A DNA stretch of 64,000 bases from Octopus bimaculoides (taxonomy: Eukaryota): positions 9,262,943 to 9,326,942 of the forward strand of contig NC_068992.1 in the NCBI RefSeq assembly GCF_001194135.2, in the 5' to 3' direction. The notes under the pieces are model-generated. The model ran no database searches and was not told where the DNA came from. It saw only the letters and a list, made by a program, of their open reading frames with translations. Shown one piece after another: positions 12,219-24,295 of the stretch (its first letter is position 1; each line of letters opens with the position of its first letter). The translations under genes and the position numbers were made by a program.

Positions 12219-12610
12219 GACAACAAAAGCCAAGGCAAGACGAGTTTTCAACTCATTTAGAATATTTAATTAGAGTAAGGTAAATTTGAGGTAATTAATT
12301 AATTAATTATTGGATGTCTTACAATTGTTTCTGGGATATCCCATGTAATAGGTTAGCGTCTCCATACACTGGGTACTCTGTCATCAGAGACATGGTGAGT
12401 ATGTATGAAAGTTCTAGACACGGAATTCACAGTTTATAAAGGAATAAAAGTGTAGATAGAAAACAGTAGATAGAAGAATACAGACAGGAGAATAAAGTTC
12501 CCAGCTCATCTTCTTCCAGAGGGTATGGAGGCTGGTCCGTACTTCCGTGAAGGTATAGGCCCTTAAGTATAATCTCAGGTAAATCCAGGCAGTATTTTGA
12601 ATAGATGGAA
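12219..12610. repeat. Unclassified dispersed repeat, copy 1
   Basis: Same-strand match to 23113-23520, e.g. GGTGAGTATGTATGAAAGTTCTAGACA and GAATTCACAGTTTATAAAGGAATAAAA. Confidence 0.9.
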
Positions 12611-13149
12611 GAGAATTGTAGAAAACGAAGGAAGGTATATTTCAAATTAAAAAAGAACTTTGTTTATCTTAATTATGAAAAATAAAAGTATAAAAAACCT
12701 CATTATTTATGGGATGACACAATACTTAATTAATACTCCAAATCCTATAGTGTGCATCTTTGTGTGTATGTGTGTTTGTGTGTATGTGTGTACGTGTATA
12801 TATATATANNNNNNNNNNNNNNNNNNNNNNNNNNNNNNNNNNNNNNNNNNNNNNNNNNNNNNNNNNNNNNNNNNNNNNNNNNNNNNNNNNNNNNNNNNNN
12901 NNNNNNNNNNNNNNNNNNNNNNNNNNNNNNNNNNNNNNNNNNNNNNNNNNNNNNNNNNNNNNNNNNNNNNNNNNNNNNNNNNNNNNNNNNNNNNNNNNNN
13001 NNNNNNNNNNNNNNNNNNNNNNNNNNNNNNNNNNNNNNNNNNNNNNNNNNNNNNNNNNNNNNNNNNNNNNNNNNNNTATGTATATATATGATCACGTAAT
13101 TCTTGTTCCTTTGACATTTTATTAATTTCATATTACGCCCTGTACTTGC

Positions 13150-13740
13150 TTAACGATTTATTCGGAAGCAAACACATATTGAGATCTAATAGCGGGTTTT
13201 TAGTATCGCTATGCCTAAGCGACATCTATTTGTTCCATGAAAAGCATGTTTGTGACGTCAAGCAGAGATTCTGCTTGCATCTGGCCATACAGTACCATGC
13301 TTGAAAGAAGGCAACCTCAGACCATTCCACATTAGGGAGGTTGAAGTCCCCAAGAAGAAGTATGTGAAAGCTGCCATCTAGGTTGGTTAATACTTCCTCC
13401 ATCATTTTGAGGCTCTTTTCAAATGATTCTCCATGATTTGGTTCATCTGGTGGGCGATATGTAGCACATACTACCATTTTCATCTGTTTTCTGTGCACCA
13501 CCGAGTGACACAGGATGAGTTTGAGTGTGACACAGGATGAGTTTGAGTGTGACAGCAGGACTACACGTGTGACATCTTCCCGAATGTACATTGCAACTCC
13601 ACAATGAGTCCTTTCGCTCCTTTCATTCGGAAATGCTTTGCTATATGTACCTCAGTAGCTGATATGACAGCTTTCAGATGTGTTTCTGTTAGGGCTATGC
13701 ATATTGCTTGATTACAGGTCACTAAGTCTCACAGATATTG
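13150..13740 (-). mobile_element. APE-endonuclease domain of a CR1/L2/Jockey-group LINE (decayed)
   Basis: IALTETHL, RTHCGVAMYIR, TYRPP, LLGDFNLPNVEW and NPLLDL motifs in order; internal 22-bp tandem duplication at ~13508-13553. Confidence 0.9.
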
Positions 13741-15112
13741 GACTTTGAGTTGGTGGAACGTTACAAGGCCCCTGATGTTCAGTAGAAATATTTGTATGAT
13801 ACCCAAAGATGCTATACAGCAACATCGAACTCAGAACCACTTGCCTACGAAGCGACCGTCTTAAACATACAATTATGTTATGACCGTTATGATCATAAAC
13901 AGACGTGTACATTCACCCCCCCCCCATATATATATATATATANNNNNNNNNNNNNNNNNNNNNNNNNNNNNNNNNNNNNNNNNNNNNNNNNNNNNNNNNN
14001 NNNNNNNNNNNNNNNNNNNNNNNNNNNNNNNNNNNNNNNNNNNNNNNNNNNNNNNNNNNNNNNNNNNNNNNNNNNNNNNNNNNNNNNNNNNNNNNNNNNN
14101 NNNNNNNNNNNNNNNNNNNNNNNNNNNNNNNNNNNNNNNNNNNNNNNNNNNNNNNNNNNNNNNNNNNNNNNNNNNNNNNNNNNNNNNNNNNNNNNNNNNN
14201 NNNNNNNNNNNNNNNNNNNNNNNNNNNNNNNNNNNNNNNNNNNNNNNNNNNNNNNNNNNNNNNNNNNNNNNNNNNNNNNNNNNNNNNNNNNNNNNNNNNN
14301 NNNNNNNNNNNNNNNNNNNNNNNNNNNNNNNNNNNNNNNNNNNNNNNNNNNNNNNNNNNNNNNNNNNNNNNNNNNNNNNNNNNNNNNNNNNNNNNNNNNN
14401 NNNNNNNNNNNNNNNNNNNNNNNNNNNNNNNNNNNNNNNNNNNNNNNNNNNNNNNNNNNNNNNNNNNNNNNNNNNNNNNNNNNNNNNNNNNNNNNNNNNN
14501 NNNNNNNNNNNNNNNNNNNNNNNNNNNNNNNNNNNNNNNNNNNNNNNNNNNNNNNNNNNNNNNNNNNNNNNNNNNNNNNNNNNNNNNNNNNNNNNNNNNN
14601 NNNNNNNNNNNNNNNNNNNNNNNNNNNNNNNNNNNNNNNNNNNNNNNNATATATATACATATATATACATACATACATGCGCATATGTATATATATATAT
14701 ATATCTATATATCTGTGTGTGTACATCTCCCTACATACAGAAAATATACATGCGTATATAGGATAGTATATTACTTCATTTATAGAACATAAGTCTTCTT
14801 TTGTTCTCTTTATTTCCATTTAAAAACCCTCTAAATTTATGGAAAGTTCAAAAAAGCGAAACAAAAAAAAAAAAACCTTATATCTTTCATCAAATATTAA
14901 CAGTTGAAATGAGAAAATACAAAGAAATACAAAATGCTTGCTTCAACAAGTTAATATTCAGAATGTGTCTAAGAAACGACTTTAATATCTGTGTTAATGC
15001 TATTAATCACAGATAATCGATAAAGCATCACGCGTTTATGAAGCAAATGTAACCACTACACATACATGTGTATATGTATGTGTACGTGTGCGTGCATATA
15101 TGTATATGCATT

Positions 15113-15143
<31 letters not shown>

Positions 15144-15849
15144 NNNNNNNNNNNNNNNNNNNNNNNNNNNNNNNNNNNNNNNNNNNNNNNNNNNNNNNNN
15201 NNNNNNNNNNNNNNNNNNNNNNNNNNNNNNNNNNNNNNNNNNNNNNNNNNNNNNNNNNNNNNNNNNNNNNNNNNNNNNNNNNNNNNNNNNNNNNNNNNNN
15301 NNNNNNNNNNNNNNNNNNNNNNNNNNNNNNNNNNNNNNNNNNNNNNNNNNNNNNNNNNNNNNNNNNNNNNNNNNNNNNNNNNNNNNNNNNNNNNNNNNNN
15401 NNNNNNNNNNNNNNNNNNNNNNNNNNNNNNNNNNNNNNNNNNNNNNNNNNNNNNNNNNNNNNNNNNNNNNNNNNNNNNNNNNNNNNNNNNNNNNNNNNNN
15501 NNNNNNNNNNNNNNNNNNNNNNNNNNNNNNNNNNNNNNNNNNNNNNNNNNNNNNNNNNNNNNNNNNNNNNNNNNNNNNNNNNNNNNNNNNNNNNNNNNNN
15601 NNNNNNNNNNNNNNNNNNNNNNNNNNNNNNNNNNNNNNNNNNNNNNNNNNNNNNNNNNNNNNNNNNNNNNNNNNNNNNNNNNNNNNNNNNNNNNNNNNNN
15701 NNNNNNNNNNNNNNNNNNNNNGTTGTACTTGGGGATGGTCATATTGCCAGTTTAGCCAATAAAAACACACGCACTGTATATTTGGTGTTAATTTTTTTTT
15801 TTTTTTTTTCAGCTTTATATTACATTAATCTTAATCTTAATCTTATTTC

Positions 15850-15894
15850 GGCCAGAGTTCTTTCGTCACACTTCTGTGACCTCATCAGTGGTCC
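15850..15894 (-). ncRNA. Candidate type I hammerhead ribozyme motif
   Basis: Minus strand: GGACCA-CUGAUGA-G-GUCAC[AGAAGU]GUGAC-GAAA-G[AA]C-UC-UGGCC. Core boxes intact, 5-bp stem II, 2-bp stem III, stem I with one bulge. Confidence 0.6.
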
Positions 15895-16230
15895 TTTGTT
15901 TCCTTCTTTCTTATGTGTATCTCACCTTGCTAACTATCAGCCATTTTGTATTTTGTATTCCTATTGTATGTGTCTACGCATGCGTGTCCTTCAATGTGTC
16001 TGTGTCTTTTGTAAGTGCATGTGTGTATGGGGAGTGTCTGTATCACCTATATTCTCTGTTACATACATATACATACAGTTTACATACATAGATATACATA
16101 TATACCCAGACATGACAGAAGTAATTGAACACCCCATAAAACGATGTTTAATGCTTATTTTGACTTGAAAAGGTTTATATTTTTATTAATTGACAATTTT
16201 ATGTTTCAGGTTCAATGTGACTGTTTAATC

Positions 16231-17010
16231 ATGTCAGGTACAAAAGAAACCTTGGAACTGTCAAAGAGGCCATATTGTGGATCAATCTGAAGGTGGACTT
16301 CGTCAGCATAAAATCGCAGAGGTCCTTCGAATCCCGCTTTCTACTGTTAATAGAGTGATTAAGCAATTCACCAGAGAAGGGTAAGAGTTCACATTACCTC
16401 ACCCAGGTCGACCAGGACCCTCTGACGGGACCCTTTGCTTTGTCAAGAGAACTGTCGAGGATAATCCTTGTTGCAAGGCCCCTGATATAGCAGAACAAGT
16501 TGATGTCAGTCCCAGAACAGCTGTCAGATATCTCTACAAACTTGGTTACTATGGCAGAGCAGCAAGAAGGAAGCCACGTTTTCGACCAGCCAATATCAAA
16601 CAGAGAAGAGATTGGGCTGGTGAGATGGCGGAGTGGCCACTAGCATTTTGGGACACTGTCATATTCTCTGATGAGTCCAGATTGCTATATTTTCCGAGTG
16701 GGTCTGGAAACTCCGTGATCAAGAATTTGACGTGAAAAGATTGCAGCCAACAATGAAAAACGGTGGCTATTCTGTGATGGCCTGAGGAGCAGTTTGGAGC
16801 AATGGTCGATCAGAGCTGATGGAGTGTGAGTGAAATATAAACTCAGAAATATATGTGTCTGTATTGGAGAAAGGACTCCTTCCAATCTTCTCTACTGGTG
16901 AAATGATTAAAGAAAACTATTTATGGAAGATTTGTTGGAAGAAGAGTGGCATTAAAAAGCTTCCATGGCCAAACCAGTCACCTGATATGAACCCTATTGA
17001 AAAAACGTGA
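16231..17010 (+). pseudogene. Tc1-family transposase relic
   Basis: HTH region ([19 protein letters not shown]), GRP, ARRKP, WDTVIFSDES, PTMKNGG, FMED and WPNQSPDMNPIE. Contains stops, frameshifts and a deletion after the second catalytic Asp. Confidence 0.92.
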
Positions 17011-17104
17011 AATAACGTTTGTTTAGAACGGTAAAATTCGAAAGGCCTAAATTTATAGAAACGTGTAAATATTAATCTCAACGTTTGGAAAATTCGGTAT
17101 GTGT

Positions 17105-17265
17105 GTGGCTAAGTCGTTTACATCGACTCACCGTGTTTTCAACTGGTACTTATTTTATTGACCCCGGAAGGATGAAAAGCAAAGTCGGCTTGGACGGAAT
17201 TTGATCTCAGAACGTAAAAGACAGACGGAATGGTGCTAAGTATTTCGCCCGGCTAGCTATCGATT
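17105..17265 (-). mobile_element. SINE family C
   Basis: CAACTGGTACTTATTTTATTGACCCCGGAAGGATGAAAAGCAAAGTCG...CTCAGAACGTAAAAGACAGACG. Confidence 0.85.
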
Positions 17266-18100
17266 AAGCGTATAAATATTGGGTTTAAAACGTCTAAGAT
17301 CCTTCCTGGCACTCGAACCCACATCTCCTGAAAACATGACATGAGGTGATCTTTGAATTACTCTGTCCGTTGAGAGGGAGTTAGTGAAAGGGAGAGAGAG
17401 AGAGAGAGAGAGAGAGAAAGAAAGAAAGAAAGAGAGAAAAAGAGAGAGTGAGAGAGAAGTCGGGCGAATGCTATTCTATGCGATACATATCGAGATATCG
17501 AGATGTATTACACCAACATGGCCCGAACTAGGACTAAATTGTTCTAAACCTGAATATAATATTCGTACGTTCGTGTCAAATGTTGTCAGCTTGTCTTTGC
17601 GATGACATTCAGCACAAGTTGCTTTGTCACTGCGTATGTGTAGAATAGAAGACAATAAAACAGCATACAATACAGCGCAGTATATTTTTTTCAAACTAAA
17701 AGCTTNNNNNNNNNNNNNNNNNNNNNNNNNNNNNNNNNNNNNNNNNNNNNNNNNNNNNNNNNNNNNNNNNNNNNNNNNNNNNNNNNNNNNNNNNNNNNNN
17801 NNNNNNNNNNNNNNNNNNNNNNNNNNNNNNNNNNNNNNNNNNNNNNNNNNNNNNNNNNNNNNNNNNNNNNNNNNNNNNNNNNNNNNNNNNNNNNNNNNNN
17901 NNNNNNNNNNNNNNNNNNNNNNNNNNNNNNNNNNNNNNNNNNNNNNNNNNNNNNNNNNNNNNNNNNNNNNNNNNNNNNNNNNNNNNNNNNNNNNNNNNNN
18001 NNNNNNNNNNNNNNNNNNNNNNNNNNNNNNNNNNNNNNNNNNNNNNNNNNNNNNNNNNNNNNNNNNNNNNNNNNNNNNNNNNNNNNNNNNNNNNNNNNNN

Positions 18101-18133
<33 letters not shown>

Positions 18134-18470
18134 GTGTGTGATGTGTGTGTGCGTGTATACAGAGGGACGGAAAGAAAGAGTGAATTATGCGAATAAACAA
18201 AGATACGAGCTTGGGTTCGATATACAAATTATATATGCATGTATACCTGTAAACAGAGAGAAAGCAAAGGCTGAACATTTTTAGACGATGAATAATGTTA
18301 TATAGATATTTATATATTAACAGGGCAAACTTACACAGAATAAATTAAAGAGGAGAAGATATGGTGTTAGAAAGTCCGACATCTGTTTCTGGGGCGTTGG
18401 AGTTACTTCATAATGTTAGCAGATTTAGTTCACCAGAATATGCAACCAATAATGGAAGCATAACGAATAA

Positions 18471-18592
18471 TGCCTTTCATCCTTTCGGGGTCGATAAAAC
18501 AAAGCACTAGTGGAGCACTGGGGTCGATGTAATCGACTAGTCCCCGCTCCTACAATTTCAGGCCTTGTGTCTGTAGTAAAAAGAAAATATTG
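18471..18592 (+). mobile_element. SINE family C 3' half
   Basis: TGCCTTTCATCCTTTCGGGGTCGATAAAA...CACTGGGGTCGATGTAATCGACTAG...CAGGCCTTGTG. Confidence 0.85.
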
Positions 18593-19339
18593 ATGTAGCT
18601 ATATGTGGTGGTGGTGGAGTGAATAGATTATCGTATAAACAGCCGGAGGTTGTGGTTTCGGTCATGGCAAACGTACTGTTCTGTGTCCATATAGACTCAA
18701 ATTCTTCCTTTCAAGAAAGTTCCATATAAAAATAGGTACCGAAAAGACTATCAGATTGAAAATTAAGTTTTTTATCTTTAATTTAACAACTTTAATTTTA
18801 AACGCATTATAATTCGAAAACGTTCAAAAATTTGATCACTTCTTTAGCAAAACTCTTATGTATTTCAAAGTATGTTTAATTTTTAGAGATCACATTTAGA
18901 TTTTATAATTTAAACTCAAATAGAAATTAGCGCTGTATTTATATCCCAATAATTTAAAAGCACAATGTAAATTAGCTTTAGACAGATCACTGTTGTCTTT
19001 GCTTAATTTGATACTTAGATGATTAATGTGGTGTCTCCATTTCTAATATATTACTGAAATAGAAACGTGCGTGGTTTAACATTCGTCGCTGTTGAGAGTT
19101 GCTTTATTTGATGCAGATATTTTTACATGAACTTGGCTTGTTTTGTGAATTAATAATTTTATAAATTTAGATTCGTTGTCAATGGTTATTTCTCAGACAA
19201 TAACTATACTTGATGATGTGAACATCTAATTTTACACATTTTCAATTAAAGATTACAAATGTGAAGAAGTCATTAGTAAAATTAATTGCGCGAAATTTAG
19301 TTTTACTAAGTCGTAACTATGAACTAAGAAAGACATTGG

Positions 19340-19980
19340 TCAACGATGAAACCCATTGCAACAATCTGCTTTGCCCATTTTTAATAAAACCCATCGAGCA
19401 ATGCAGGTTGACCTTTTGTTGATAAACACTCACGGAACAAAGCCATTGGCGCTGTTGATGAAACCCTACGGAAAATTCCATATTTCCCCTTTTCCTGAAA
19501 ACTTCTGGAACAAAGGTTTATGATCGTTCTTGACAAATCCTATGGAACAATTCCTTTTTTCATGACAGGACACTCCATGGGAAATTTCACATTTTAGCGA
19601 ACACCATGAAACTAATGGAACAGTCCACGTTGACACTTTCTGGTAAAACTTCATAGAAAAAACCCTCATAGACCCTTTCTTTTCTATAAAACTCCATAGA
19701 AAAATTGATATGGATTCTTTCTTATGAAGCCCATAAAAAAATACTTGCCCTTTTTGATGAAACTGGATAGATCGATCCGTGTCCTGTTTTTTGACAACCT
19801 ATTTTGGCCTTTTTTGTTAAAACCCCATTGTACAATCCATGTTCTTCCATTTTGATAAAACACCATGGAGTAATCCAGGTTGTCTTGCTTTCAAAAATTC
19901 AAACCTGCATTGCCCTTTATATTTACTAGAAAAGACATCATGGGTTGTATCCAAAGACACCATGGGTTGTATCAATGGAT
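19340..19980. repeat. Degenerate ~35-40 bp periodic array
   Basis: About 15 recurrences of a TTTTGA(T)AAAAC(A/C)CCATGG-like core with variable intervening sequence. Confidence 0.7.
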
Positions 19981-20210
19981 CTAAAGAATAATTAATAGAA
20001 TTCAGATTGGACTCGAAGATGCTTTACAGTGACAAATACGTTTCCTAGATCAAACACTAATCCACCTACACACTGTGTTCGTTATGCATCTAATGCTGCT
20101 TTAATGTTTTTTTTAATTTTTTATATAACGTTAATTAATACACGATTCGCTAATTAATTAGATCTTCAGCTAAATCAGATTCGATATACGAGAGGTTTGT
20201 TTTTGATTGA

Positions 20211-20211
20211 G

Positions 20212-20279
<68 letters not shown>
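20211..20279. repeat. (TAC)n microsatellite
   Basis: Read directly from the sequence. Confidence 0.97.
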
Positions 20280-20861
20280 GTCGATGCAGTACAGCGTTTC
20301 GCATGCGATGTTTGCAACAGATACCTAGAAGTAGACTGAAAAGAAAACATATGAAATGGTAAAGTTGCACGCATCTTGTACATCGTCATTTTTATATTTA
20401 GTTTTGTATTATAGAGTTCAGAGAAAGTTCCAGCATCAAAAGATAGGTTAATCAGATTCATGAAGTTTATGGAGAAGTTGTCTCTATAAAACTTAATTAT
20501 ATGGAGACTTCTTTACCATAAACCTGGTATTATATGTTTTGAAATGCTATTCATAGCAGGTAATTTACTTAAGTTTACTTGATTTCGCCCGTATGAAATT
20601 TCATTTTATCTGCTTGAATTAGGAAGTGAGAGGTGTCTTTACTCTCAAATTATTTAAATAACATTTGAAGCTTTTGGCTTACAGGGGGCAAGGTTTCGTC
20701 TAAATTAGTCCTTCGCATATAAAGTAAGCGTTAAACTCATTAGCAATATTCCCAGCTCACATATGAAATGCTCACTTGTTTCAATAGCATTAATGTTTGA
20801 AGTTCTGTATGTCATGTCTCCCAGTGGGCTGTGATTAGCCATACCGTAAAAGTACTGACGC

Positions 20862-20896
<35 letters not shown>

Positions 20897-21052
20897 NNNN
20901 NNNNNNNNNNNNNNNNNNNNNNNNNNNNNNNNNNNNNNNNNNNNNNNNNNNNNNNNNNNNNNNNNNNNNNNNNNNNNNNNNNNNNNNNNNNNNNNNNNNN
21001 NNNNNNNNNNNNNNNNNNNNNNNNNNNNNNNNNNNNNNNNNNNNNNNNNNNN

Positions 21053-21092
<40 letters not shown>

Positions 21093-21097
21093 CACAC

Positions 21098-21141
<44 letters not shown>

Positions 21142-22591
21142 ATGAAGTGTAGAGCATCGGTTTCAAATGATTACCATTTAACGCGAGTTTCCCCCATCTC
21201 TATGAGACGAATACTGTAACCTTTTCTCATACTTTCTGAAATGTGCCTCGTCAGGCACTTTTTTGAAAGGATTTTTTTTGCCATACCTGCATTCCTACCA
21301 TTAAATAACGGGAAGTGGAAAGTGTTGTGTCAAAGTCGCCAACTTTAAAGAAAAAGAAAACCAACTCTAAGCTACACATATACACAAATATACATAGATA
21401 TACATAGATATACATATATAGATATATAGATACTTAGATACGGCTTTCGTTAGTCTAAACAAAAATCTAATCATACATAACCAATGGAACCTACATTTAC
21501 GGACGAACGCCATTCAAATTTGGAAACGTATGCCAGAAGCATTCTATTAATGTCAACGACTGTCTTTCGGACATAATTCATACAAGAAGCCCTTTTGATG
21601 TGCTAAGTTTTGATGACTGGTCTGTATACATCAACATATGTTTGCGATGTATTCTTTATATCTTCTTCCATATATAAAGAATCCATATATATACACACGT
21701 ATATATATTAACATACATCCACACACATACACACGTATATATATGTGTATGTGTGTGTATATATATGCATATACATATATACGTATACAGATGTATAATA
21801 TATATGTACATACATATGTATATATAACCACATATATATAGGTATGTGTGCATATTTTTCTCTGACATTTGAATTGTTCTCTGCAAATTCAAGCGAGTTA
21901 CTGACAAAGTGACAAGGTATTTTTTTAATTTTTGAGTGAAGACAATTTCCAAAGATTTGTGAATACCTGAGTGTATGTGTGTGTATGTGTGTGTGGTGCG
22001 CGCGCGTGTGCCTGTGTTTGTGTGTGTTTGCGTGTATGTGTATGTGTGTTTATGCTTGTGTGTGTGTATGTGCGTGCGTGTGTTTGTGTGCGTATGTTTG
22101 CGTGTGTGTGTGTGTGTGTGTGTGTGTGAGTGTGTGTGTACGTACGTATATGTTCCTGTATTATTGTACTTATGGTGGGATAAGCCTGTTTATTATATGC
22201 TTGCATGTATATGATAGCATATTTTGTATTTCTGTGTATTTATATATATATATGAATATGTATGCATGTATGTTTTTCTTTGAGATTTACTTAGGGTTTT
22301 CGAAGAATTCTCGTCGGTCATTAACAGACGCTGATGGTGGTTTTTGTTTGAATCAAGATCTTTTCAGGGATTTCTGAATATGTGGGTGTGTTAATGTGAA
22401 TATATAGAGAGGTGTAGTCGCTAATATAGTTACTGATCCAATTAGGACGATGTCAAAGTACACACGAGGGTTAAAAGTGCAAGAGATCTAAAATGAGCGC
22501 CACCAGGATTATCAAAGTTAATATAAATAAGATTTAGAGCGATCGGGGCCTGAAATTTCAAGACCGAGAAGAGCAGAAAGCATTCGTAAGA

Positions 22592-22770
22592 AGGTGCAAG
22601 TATGGCTGTTTATTGAAAAGTTCGCTTTGCAACCACGTGATTTCGGGTTCAGTCCCACTGTGCAGCACCTGGGGCAAATGTCTTCTATAAAAACTCCAGG
22701 CCGACCAACACCATGTGAGAGAATTTGGTGAATGGTGACTGTGTGGAAGCCTATCATATATATATATATA
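22592..22770 (+). mobile_element. SINE family B head running into (TA)n and a gap
   Basis: GGGTTCAGTCCCACTGTGCAGCACCTGGGGCAAATGTCTTCTA...GGCCGACCAAC. Confidence 0.8.
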
Positions 22771-23112
22771 NNNNNNNNNNNNNNNNNNNNNNNNNNNNNN
22801 NNNNNNNNNNNNNNNNNNNNNNNNNNNNNNNNNNNNNNNNNNNNNNNNNNNNNNNNNNNNNNNNNNNNNNNNNNNNNNNNNNNNNNNNNNNNNNNNNNNN
22901 NNNNNNNNNNNNNNNNNNNNNNNNNNNNNNNNNNNNNNNNNNNNNNNNNNNNNNNNNNNNNNNNNNNNNNNNNNNNNNNNNNNNNNNNNNNNNNNNNNNN
23001 NNNNNNNNNNNNNNNNNNNNNNNNNNNNNNNNNNNNNNNNNNNNNNNNNNNNNNNNNNNNNNNNNNNNNNNNNNNNNNNNNNNNNNATATATATATATAT
23101 ATATATATACAC

Positions 23113-23850
23113 CTAAACCAAGGCAGGACGAGTATCTCAAATCATTTAGAATATTTAATGAGAGTAAGGTGAATTTGAAGTAATCAATTAATTAATTAGT
23201 TACCTAATTAATTAATTATTGGATGTCTTACAGTTATATCTGGGATATCCCAAGTGATGGGTTAGCATTTCCATACGCTGGGCATTCCGTCAGAAACAAG
23301 GTGAGTATGTATGAAAGTTCTAGACAGGGAATTCACAGTTTATAAAGGAATAAAATAGTAGATAGAAAAATAATGAGTAAAACAGTAGATAGAAGAATAC
23401 AGACAGGAGAATAAAGTTCACAGCTCATCTTTTTCCAGAGGGTATGGAGGTTGGTCCGTAGTTCCTTAGGTATAATCCCAGGTAAATCCAGGTAGTATTT
23501 TGGCAGTATTTTGAATGTTGAGTACATGTTGAAGGAATAGATCAAGTGGTTGGCTAGTATGAAAATGGTCCACGTGGGTGTATATTGAGTGAGAAATACG
23601 GACATCATGATAGACAGGTAAAGGTTTCGAGTGAGTGAATAGAAGAGAGAGGAGAAAGAGAGAAAAGAAATGAATGAGATAGGTGTGGGAAAGAATGAGT
23701 GAGAGCGAAAGTAAAATAAAATAAAACACAATTTTAAATTTTAAATAAAAAAGAAAAACGATAAAGATAAGATGCCAGTATTATTCTTCGTTTGGGTCGG
23801 TTCGGGGTGAGAGGTCGGGCATTTAGGTTTTGATGAAGTGGAGAGGAGGA
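23113..23850. repeat. Unclassified dispersed repeat, copy 2 (longer)
   Basis: Matches 12219-12610 over the first ~400 bp, then continues into purine-rich sequence. Confidence 0.85.
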
Positions 23851-24239
23851 AGGTTTTTGTGGCTATTAATTAAATATACAAATTATAGATAGGTTCGGTG
23901 TGTTAGTTCNNNNNNNNNNNNNNNNNNNNNNNNNNNNNNNNNNNNNNNNNNNNNNNNNNNNNNNNNNNNNNNNNNNNNNNNNNNNNNNNNNNNNNNNNNN
24001 NNNNNNNNNNNNNNNNNNNNNNNNNNNNNNNNNNNNNNNNNNNNNNNNNNNNNNNNNNNNNNNNNNNNNNNNNNNNNNNNNNNNNNNNNNNNNNNNNNNN
24101 NNNNNNNNNNNNNNNNNNNNNNNNNNNNNNNNNNNNNNNNNNNNNNNNNNNNNNNNNNNNNNNNNNNNNNNNNNNNNNNNNNNNNNNNNNNNNNNNNNNN
24201 NNNNNNNNNNNNNNNNNNNNNNNNNNNNNNNNNNNNNNN

Positions 24240-24295
<56 letters not shown>

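Noticed and set aside
10998-12273. Long ORFs of 300-400 aa in the track
   Set aside because: They span N gaps (X runs); the same applies to all other gap-spanning ORFs.
19340-19980. CRISPR-like repeat/spacer appearance
   Set aside because: The cores are too divergent and irregular, the context is animal genomic DNA, and there are no cas genes; kept only as a degenerate array.
21243-21258. GTGCCT-CGTC-AGGCAC hairpin containing CUGACGA on the minus strand
   Set aside because: No pairable stem II before the next GAAA and no stems I/III.
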